From assembly GCA_031268855.1 (NCBI GenBank), contig JAIRWS010000040.1:1-39052 (forward strand): 39,052 bases of DNA, written 5' to 3'. The DNA is from Candidatus Margulisiibacteriota bacterium (GTDB lineage Bacteria; Margulisbacteria; Termititenacia; Termititenacales; Termititenacaceae). The notes beneath the pieces are model-generated. The model was not told where the DNA came from. It ran no database searches and saw nothing but the letters and a program-made list of their open reading frames with translations. Positions 33,387 through 39,052 of the stretch are shown piece after piece; the stretch's first letter is position 1; every line of letters begins with the position of its first letter. Both the position numbers and the translations under genes were made by a program.

Positions 33387-35429
33387 CTAGTCCTGCAGCC
33401 GGTAAATATTTTTATCCTCGCCCTCAATAAGCGTGATCAGGCGGAATCTGTCCAGCTCATGGTATTTGGCAAAAGCTTCCTCGTAGCGCGCCTGGATCGC
33501 CAGTTTTTTGTCGCGGCTGACCGCCAGCTCCAGCATATTGAACATTTCCGCCTTGCGGCCGGACAGCGCGTACATCACCGCCAGATTGTAATACACCGAG
33601 GTCGCGCCGGAACTTTTCATGCTCTCGTAGACCTCGATATTTTTCGCAATAAGATAATTGTAGTATTTGCGGATCTTTTCCGATTTGGAAAACTGCCCCA
33701 GCGCCGATTGAAACAAAAGGAACGCCTCGTTGTAGCGCTTTTTAAAAACATAAATCTCGCCGAGATCGAGATAGACCTGCTCGGCCGGCGCGTCACTCTC
33801 CAGCTCCAGCTCCAGCACGCGCTCGTAAAAATCCAAAGCGCGACGCTTGCGCTCCAGTAATTTTTTCGGATCGAGATCGGTGTCTTCCCACGCGGCGATC
33901 TGCCGGATCGCTTTTTTGTAAGCCCGGGTCAAGAGCAGCAAATCCAAATACTCATAACAAATTTCCTCGGCCACTTCCTCAGATTCTAATTTCTGCTCAA
34001 TGCGCTCGATCGCCTCATTACGAATAGCCAGCAGCTCGCGGTCGACAAACCAGTAATCGCTTTTGAGCGTTTTCGATTTTTCAAAATAACGGTAGGCGTC
34101 GGTCAAGCGGTTTTGTTTCTTGCTCAGCAGACCCAAAAAATAATAAATGCTGTGATTGTCTTTGTTTTCCTCCAGCAAATGCTTGAACATATATTCGGCC
34201 TGGCTATCCTCGCCAAGCAAAAACAAAACGGCGGCCTCGTAAATTTTGTACGAGGCAATGCCTGTGGAAAGCTGGTTTAAAATATCCCGCGCGTAAATGT
34301 CCGTCCGCATCTCCAGCATGAGCAGCGCCGCTTTGTCGTACTCTGGCCGTAGCATATACAGATCCAGCAGATCACGTTTGGAAGTTTCGTATTCAAAATG
34401 CTTCAAATAATATTTCTCGGCCAGCTCAAAAGCCTTGTCCAGATTGACGCGCGCCTCGCGGTTGGCCGGCGATTTTTTCAAGACCTCGCGGTAACACCGG
34501 ATCGCCTCAGGATATTTGTTTTCATAAACCAGCATCAGGCCGTAATTAATCTGCGCCTGCACAAAATTGGGCGCGCTGGAAATGATTTTTTCCAGCGCGG
34601 CTTTGGCCGCCGGATAATCCGCTTTGCGAAAATACAAAGTAGCGATCTCCATCAGCGCATCGATATTTTGGGGATCCTGCCGCAGTTTTTCCTCGTTTTG
34701 GCGCAAAATGCCCGCGAAACATTCCGCAATACGCTGTTTGACGCGCGGCGTGCGCTCGCCGCATTTGAAATAATGCTCCAGCGCGCCAGCCAGATCATTT
34801 TGGCGGTAACGCAGCGCGGCCAGATAATAATGCCCGGGCTCGTAGCGCAGATTGAGCGAGAGGGTTTTCTCCAGCGCGGTTTCCGCCGCGGCAAAATCCC
34901 GCCGGCGCAGATGCACGCGCGCCATCAGGTAATGCGCTTCAATATCGTTATCGGTGAGCTTCAGGCATTTCTCCAGCTCTTCGGCAGCCCTGGTATATTT
35001 GCGGCTTTCAAAATTGAGCAGCGCCAGCGCGTAATACGCCTTGGCGTAATTAGGATTGACAACCAGCGCCTTAGTGCACTCGCGGGCAAACGCCGCTTTA
35101 TCGCCCTGTAAATAATAAGTGTAACCCAGCTGATAATGCAGATCGGCGTCGCGGTAATTGATCTCCACGCCCTGCCGCAAAATCTCCGCCGCTTTTTTGT
35201 AATTGCGCCGGATCTGAAAAATCCGCGCCAGCATTTTGAAAGCCGAAGCGTAAGTGTTGTCGATCTGAATGATCTTGCGCAGATAGACGATGGACAAGCG
35301 GTAACGTTTTTCGTTAAACGCTTCCTGCGCCATTTTGAAAAAAGACTGCGCGGACTGCACATCGCCCTGCATTTGCCGGTCGGTTTGGAGCGAGGTGGTC
35401 AGGTCTATACTGCGGTCAATTTCGGACAT
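33387..35429 (-). CDS. Tetratricopeptide-repeat (TPR) protein
   Basis: 680 aa with many degenerate 34-aa TPR units (A..Y..A..L.P.. patterns throughout). Its ATG lies 2 nt after the mazF stop. Confidence 0.8.
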   Translation of the reverse strand: MSEIDRSIDLTTSLQTDRQMQGDVQSAQSFFKMAQEAFNEKRYRLSIVYLRKIIQIDNTYASAFKMLARIFQIRRNYKKAAEILRQGVEINYRDADLHYQLGYTYYLQGDKAAFARECTKALVVNPNYAKAYYALALLNFESRKYTRAAEELEKCLKLTDNDIEAHYLMARVHLRRRDFAAAETALEKTLSLNLRYEPGHYYLAALRYRQNDLAGALEHYFKCGERTPRVKQRIAECFAGILRQNEEKLRQDPQNIDALMEIATLYFRKADYPAAKAALEKIISSAPNFVQAQINYGLMLVYENKYPEAIRCYREVLKKSPANREARVNLDKAFELAEKYYLKHFEYETSKRDLLDLYMLRPEYDKAALLMLEMRTDIYARDILNQLSTGIASYKIYEAAVLFLLGEDSQAEYMFKHLLEENKDNHSIYYFLGLLSKKQNRLTDAYRYFEKSKTLKSDYWFVDRELLAIRNEAIERIEQKLESEEVAEEICYEYLDLLLLTRAYKKAIRQIAAWEDTDLDPKKLLERKRRALDFYERVLELELESDAPAEQVYLDLGEIYVFKKRYNEAFLLFQSALGQFSKSEKIRKYYNYLIAKNIEVYESMKSSGATSVYYNLAVMYALSGRKAEMFNMLELAVSRDKKLAIQARYEEAFAKYHELDRFRLITLIEGEDKNIYRLQD

Positions 35430-35431
35430 GG

Positions 35432-35761
35432 CTATTCGACCAGCATTTCGTTGAGGATATTTTTCACTTCTAATATTTTGTTAGAATTTAAGCGTCCGAG
35501 TTTGCGCACAATTCGGCGCTTGTCCACAGTGCGGATTTGCTCTAAAACAATCCAGCCGTTCTTACCGCGAAAAGTTAGCGGCACCCGCGTCGGAAACGCG
35601 CGGGCTTTGGTCGTTAGCGGCGCAATAATCACCGTGGCGATATTACGGTTCATTTCGTCCGGAGAAACAATCACACAAGGACGCGTTTTTTTTATTTCAT
35701 GCCCGACAGTAGGATCAAGATTGACCAGACAAATTGTGTATTGTTCCATCACCAAACCCAT
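35432..35761 (-). CDS. mazF: MazF/PemK-family endoribonuclease toxin
   Basis: VNLDPTVGHEIKKTRPCVIVSPD...IAPLTT. An alternative ATG at 35749 shares one nt with the mazE stop (TGATG). Confidence 0.85.
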   Translation of the reverse strand: MGLVMEQYTICLVNLDPTVGHEIKKTRPCVIVSPDEMNRNIATVIIAPLTTKARAFPTRVPLTFRGKNGWIVLEQIRTVDKRRIVRKLGRLNSNKILEVKNILNEMLVE

Positions 35762-35997
35762 TCAAAAGACCGGTCATCAATATAGTCGGGCAGTAACAAG
35801 GCGGCGGTTTTGGTTTCAGCCGCTTGGGCAAAAGCCTTCTCCCAGCCCTGCCGCGGTTTTTTTTCCACGCCTTTGATCACCAGCTCGTCAGCGTGGATTT
35901 CCATTTCCACTTCGTCCTCGATACTTAACTCACGTAAAATATTTTTTGGCAGACGGATGCCACGGGAATTGCCAATTTGCACCACCGGAATAAGCAT
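35749..35997 (-). CDS. mazE: AbrB/MazE/SpoVT-family antitoxin
   Basis: 82 aa. SpoVT/AbrB swapped-hairpin signature VQIGNSRGIRLPKNIL. AAGGAG 7 nt upstream of the ATG. Confidence 0.85.
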   Translation of the reverse strand: MLIPVVQIGNSRGIRLPKNILRELSIEDEVEMEIHADELVIKGVEKKPRQGWEKAFAQAAETKTAALLLPDYIDDRSFEWVW

Positions 35998-36018
35998 AAT
36001 TTGGCTCCTTTTTATGTA

Positions 36019-36047
36019 ATTATAATGTAATTACATAAAGCTGTCAA
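36019..36047 (-). promoter_or_regulatory. mazEF promoter (TTGACA-17 nt-TATAAT) with a perfect 12-bp palindrome in the spacer
   Basis: On the minus strand, -35 at 36047..36042 and -10 at 36024..36019. The palindrome ATGTAATTACAT at 36025..36036 fills the spacer. A half-copy ATGTAATTA lies at 36014..36022. Confidence 0.6.
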
Positions 36048-36052
36048 ATTAG

Positions 36053-36451
36053 TTATAGCCGCGCCTTGATTTTTTCCGTTTTTCTCACCAGAGATTTGGC
36101 CGTGTCCAGCAGCACTTCCTGAAAACGCACATCCAGGCGACGCAGCAGCAAGACAATTTGTCCTTCCAGATTCTTGCTTTGCAGGCGCAACATCTGGCGT
36201 TGCGCCATTGGCGGCACCATTTCAACCCCGTCAAACCACCAGTCCAGCGTCACACCGTATTTCCGGCTGAAGCGCAGCAATGTGAGTAAATGCGGCAGAT
36301 TTTTACCGCACAACATTCGATAATACTCGCTGGGATCCATATCTAAACTGTCCGCTGTAGCCTCAATAGTTTGACCGCTCTTTTTGCGCAACAAAGCCAA
36401 TTTACGGCTTAACAACCGCTTTAAACGCTCATTGGTAATATCGTCTATCAT
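36053..36451 (-). CDS. Helix-turn-helix transcriptional regulator (module 2)
   Basis: Start taken at MIDDITNERL (ATG 36451), which has GGGAG 6 nt upstream; the track start is a GTG at 36490. HTH-like SGQTIEATADSLDMDPSEYYRMLCGKNLPHLLTLLRFSRKYGV. Divergent from the second fibre-like gene. Confidence 0.7.
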   Translation of the reverse strand: MIDDITNERLKRLLSRKLALLRKKSGQTIEATADSLDMDPSEYYRMLCGKNLPHLLTLLRFSRKYGVTLDWWFDGVEMVPPMAQRQMLRLQSKNLEGQIVLLLRRLDVRFQEVLLDTAKSLVRKTEKIKARL

Positions 36452-36493
36452 TCTTGTCTCCCTGAGTTTGTAAAGTCTAATTTTTAGCACCCC

Positions 36494-36534
36494 TTGACTT
36501 TAGGCTAGATATGCATATAATAGATTTATGCATA
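36494..36534 (+). promoter_or_regulatory. Promoter (TTGACT-16 nt-TATAAT) with two copies of the palindrome TATGCATA
   Basis: -35 at 36494..36499 and -10 at 36516..36521. TATGCATA occurs at 36510..36517 (overlapping the -10) and at 36527..36534, 17 bp centre to centre. GGGAGG lies 8 nt before the ATG at 36567. Confidence 0.55.
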
Positions 36535-36566
36535 ACTATCAATAAACAAAATGGGAGGAATTTATT

Positions 36567-37349
36567 ATGACCATAGCCACAGGCCAACCAATGCTGGCAA
36601 GCGACATTCTCAATCTGACTTTTTTTCCGAAAGGCACGATACTGACTTTCAGTTCTGAAGCGTGGAACAACGCAACCTACCCGGGATTTAAAGATATTTG
36701 GAAAGTCTGCAACAAAACAAATCACGTCGCTAATCCAAACATACCGGATCTGACCGATAAATTTCTGCGCGGTGCGGAGAGCTCAGATTTTACCACCGCG
36801 CGCGGCGCGGACAGCCAGAACATAACCCTGACCAGCACGCATCTCCCTTCACACACTCATGGAACGACAAGCTTATCTTTAAGCGGACTGTCCACGAGTG
36901 GTCTCATAATAGGTTCAGACGGGGTGCACACACATACACTCAGCGGCGGCACGTCGGAAAGTGGCTCACATAAGCATGACCTCTCTGACGGCAAAGCGGC
37001 CTCGGATGGCGCACATACGCATACGTATGAAAAATCTTTCAAAGTTGCTCCATCTGATACAGATAATTATGGCGGCATGAGTAATCTTAAGTACGAAACA
37101 ACAGACACTTCTACAAGTGGAAGTCATACACATTCTGTATCAGGCACTATATCCACCATCGGAACACACACGCACGATTTTTCATCGACTTCAAGCGCGG
37201 CGGCAGCCGGCACGCATAATCATACGATCAGTGGCAGTATTACCGGCAGCATCGCTGGCTCGATAGATAGTACTGGCGACGGCCAAGCGTTCAGCGTCAA
37301 CACCGTCCCGTCTTATTACACTGTCATTTACATAATGAAAACAGCTTAA
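36567..37349 (+). CDS. Orphan tail-collar-domain protein with a seven-fold HxH repeat array
   Basis: 260 aa. Collar-like GTILTF...WKVCNK...IPDLTDKFLRG...QNITLTSTHLPSHTHG. Seven HxH motifs in Gly/Ser/Thr-rich spacers. C-terminal VPSYYTVIYIMKTA is nearly identical to that of the 18448..19452 product. Confidence 0.7.
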   Translation: MTIATGQPMLASDILNLTFFPKGTILTFSSEAWNNATYPGFKDIWKVCNKTNHVANPNIPDLTDKFLRGAESSDFTTARGADSQNITLTSTHLPSHTHGTTSLSLSGLSTSGLIIGSDGVHTHTLSGGTSESGSHKHDLSDGKAASDGAHTHTYEKSFKVAPSDTDNYGGMSNLKYETTDTSTSGSHTHSVSGTISTIGTHTHDFSSTSSAAAAGTHNHTISGSITGSIAGSIDSTGDGQAFSVNTVPSYYTVIYIMKTA

Positions 37350-38455
37350 ATCAAAACCCGCTGTGTCACCGCGTCGAAGATATGCATTTTTTTGAGATTG
37401 AGATACAGGTCTAGATCCTGATTTTCGCGGCACTCGATGTGCGAATCCACACGCGCGGTGATTTGCTGGGTTCCGGCATGCACATAGACATAATTTTCCA
37501 TACCGAGTTTTTCGCTGAAATCCACCTTGACCGGCACCGGCTGTTCTTTTTCCAGATGCAACCACGGCAGCGCGGTTTTGTCATAAATGTCTGTCGGGCG
37601 AATACCCAGCGTCAGGTCTTTGTCCAGCAGCCGGTCGTACTCAGCGGTCAAATCCTTGGGCAGCTGCAGTTTAAAATTTTCCGCCTCAAACTCATAAACG
37701 CGGCCGGATTTGAGAATACGGCCTTTGATGAAATTCATCGACGGCGAACCGATAAATCCGCCAACAAAAATATTGGTCGGCTGATCGTAAACAGTGATCG
37801 CTGGCGCGCATTGCTGAATAATGCCGCCGTCCATCACGGCAATGCGGTCGCCGAGCGTCATGGCTTCCACCTGGTCGTGCGTCACATACACTATCGTCGC
37901 GCTAAGGCGGTTATGCAGTTTTTTAATCTCGCCGCGGGTCTGCACGCGCAGTTTAGCGTCAAGGTTGGACAGCGGCTCGTCCATCAAAAACACTTTGGGG
38001 TGGCGGACGATCGCGCGTCCCAGAGCCACGCGCTGCCTCTGGCCGCCGGAAAGCTGTTTGGGCTTGCGGTCGAGATATTCACCCAAACCCAAAATTTCCG
38101 AAGCTTCGTCAACCCTCTCCTTGATAAGATTCGGCGGGATCCTGCGCAGTTTCAGGCCAAAAGACATATTCTCCCGGACACTCATGTGCGGATAGAGCGC
38201 ATAGTTTTGGAAGACCATAGCGATATCGCGGTCTTTGGGCGGCACATCATTGACCACTTTGCCGTCGATCAAAACCTCGCCAGCTGTAATTTCTTCAAGA
38301 CCGGCGATCATGCGCAGCGAGGTCGTTTTGCCGCAGCCAGACGGCCCGACCAGCACTAAAAACTCGCCGTCTTTGATCGTGAGGTCGATGTTTTTTACGA
38401 TAAGATTTTTGCCATCGTAGGACTTGACCAAATCTTTAAGCTGCACACTTGCCAT
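37346..38455 (-). CDS. Carbohydrate-type ABC transporter ATP-binding protein (MalK/UgpC/MsmX-like), with no adjacent permease genes
   Basis: 369 aa. Walker A GPSGCGKTT, signature LSGGQRQRV, Walker B FLMDEPLSNLD, C-terminal regulatory (TOBE-like) domain. Confidence 0.88.
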   Translation of the reverse strand: MASVQLKDLVKSYDGKNLIVKNIDLTIKDGEFLVLVGPSGCGKTTSLRMIAGLEEITAGEVLIDGKVVNDVPPKDRDIAMVFQNYALYPHMSVRENMSFGLKLRRIPPNLIKERVDEASEILGLGEYLDRKPKQLSGGQRQRVALGRAIVRHPKVFLMDEPLSNLDAKLRVQTRGEIKKLHNRLSATIVYVTHDQVEAMTLGDRIAVMDGGIIQQCAPAITVYDQPTNIFVGGFIGSPSMNFIKGRILKSGRVYEFEAENFKLQLPKDLTAEYDRLLDKDLTLGIRPTDIYDKTALPWLHLEKEQPVPVKVDFSEKLGMENYVYVHAGTQQITARVDSHIECRENQDLDLYLNLKKMHIFDAVTQRVLI

Positions 38456-38465
38456 CAGCGATTCC

Positions 38466-38930
38466 TTATTTTAATTGCTTCAACAAATCGGCCATCTCGA
38501 TCGCCGTCAGCGCCGCTTCAAAACCTTTGTTGCCGGATTTCACGCCGGCACGCGCCAGCGCCTGCTCGGTCGTCGCCGTGGTCAGCACGCCGTTCACCAC
38601 CGGCACGCCAGTCTCCAAAGAGGCCAGGGTGAGTCCCTTGGCGGACTCCGCGGCCACGATATCAAAATGCGCCGTCTCACCCTGGATCACCGCGCCCAGC
38701 GCGATCACCGCGTTGTATTTGCCGGAAGCGGCCAGCTGTTTGGCCACGACTGACAATTCCAAAGCGCCGGGCACCCAGGCCACCACGCCGTTTTTCTCAG
38801 CAAAACCGTGACGGCCCAAGCAGTCCAGCGCGCCATCCAGCAATTTTTGAGAGATCAATTCGTTGAAACGGCTGACCACCAAAGCGATCTTCAGCTCCGC
38901 CGCTTCGTACTTGCCGGTAATTTCTTGCAT
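38466..38930 (-). CDS. ribH: 6,7-dimethyl-8-ribityllumazine synthase
   Basis: Start taken at [10 protein letters not shown] (38930), which has GGAG 9 nt upstream; the track ORF is an upstream extension. [12 protein letters not shown] and GVLT motifs. Confidence 0.9.
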   Translation of the reverse strand: MQEITGKYEAAELKIALVVSRFNELISQKLLDGALDCLGRHGFAEKNGVVAWVPGALELSVVAKQLAASGKYNAVIALGAVIQGETAHFDIVAAESAKGLTLASLETGVPVVNGVLTTATTEQALARAGVKSGNKGFEAALTAIEMADLLKQLK

Positions 38931-38972
38931 AGGATACGCTCCAATCTTTAAGGACTTAGAATCAGGATTTAG

Positions 38973-39001
38973 ATTATAGGCAATTACGCGGGTTTTGACA
39001 A
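38973..39001 (-). promoter_or_regulatory. ribH promoter candidate (TTGTCA-17 nt-TATAAT)
   Basis: On the minus strand, -35 at 39001..38996 and -10 at 38978..38973, about 40 nt upstream of the ribH ATG. Confidence 0.5.
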
Positions 39002-39052
39002 ATCGAATTTTCTGAAACCTCTGCAAAAATCTAAAAGCGAGCCGTATCCGCT

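Noticed and set aside
32579-33420. Looked for a duplicated gene-end scar around the second MNT-HEPN cassette, analogous to purU and yhaM. There is a weak match between gccagtaaactttaatt (left flank) and gccggtaaatattttta (TPR gene 3' end).
   Set aside because: Only about 11 of 17 nt match, an indel is needed at the codon level, and similarity stops immediately. This is indistinguishable from chance in AT-rich flanks.
18448-37349. Considered whether the two tail-fibre-like genes mark the ends of a prophage or tailocin spanning about 18 kb.
   Set aside because: The interval contains ymdB, rny, recA, cinA, pgsA, rimO, yajQ, purU, dapB and similar genes. It has no structural, lysis, replication or integration gene. 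The two genes are better treated as independent orphan modules.
37346-38455. Considered the permease-less MalK/MsmX-like ABC ATPase as part of the neighbouring collar-domain module, for example as an exporter.
   Set aside because: It is convergent with the collar gene and co-oriented with ribH. It has the importer-type C-terminal regulatory domain. Orphan multitask sugar-importer ATPases (MsmX-type) are well known. There is no evidence of a functional link.
38931-39052. Looked for an FMN riboswitch upstream of ribH.
   Set aside because: The promoter candidate leaves a leader of only about 40 nt, too short for the FMN element. No conserved FMN-box sequence is recognisable. The window also ends here.

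Overview
A 39-kb bacterial chromosomal segment, mostly transcribed on the minus strand. The backbone is housekeeping. It includes rel (RelA/SpoT), asd, a yhaM-like HD/OB exoribonuclease, purU, dapB, yajQ and ribH. A rimO-pgsA-cinA-recA-rny-ymdB block has the gene order familiar from Firmicutes; I cannot assign a taxon from sequence alone.

Several small accessory modules sit inside this backbone:

1. **Left edge, defence-island remnant.** A strikingly AT-rich OLD-family (ATPase + Toprim, GajA-like) nuclease gene lies next to a decayed type I R-M locus. That locus has an internally deleted hsdR, a frameshifted half-size hsdS and no hsdM. It still carries an intact AlbA_2/Schlafen-type gene.
2. 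**Predicted amino-alcohol operon.** A four-gene operon encodes a class-III aminotransferase fold, an APH-fold kinase, an APC permease and an SDR.
3. **DUF4143 ATPase gene.** It is bracketed by three copies of a 31-35 bp palindrome.
4. **Two paralogous two-gene modules about 18 kb apart.** Each pairs a divergent HTH regulator with an orphan phage tail-fibre/collar-domain protein. One of these proteins carries seven HxH motifs. No other phage gene is present.
5. **Five toxin-antitoxin pairs between 25 and 36 kb.** These are MNT-HEPN (twice), Phd/VapC and MazEF. Two pairs are abutted or coupled to downstream housekeeping genes.
6. **Duplicated gene 3' ends.** The vapBC cassette is bracketed by a 38-bp duplication of the purU 3' end. 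A similar empty duplication sits at the yhaM 3' end.
7. **Orphan-gene islet.** Its divergent intergenic region contains a 17-nt poly-G tract.

I saw no rRNA, tRNA, CRISPR array, integrase or transposase. All functional calls come from motif recognition by eye in the supplied translations; no database search was run.
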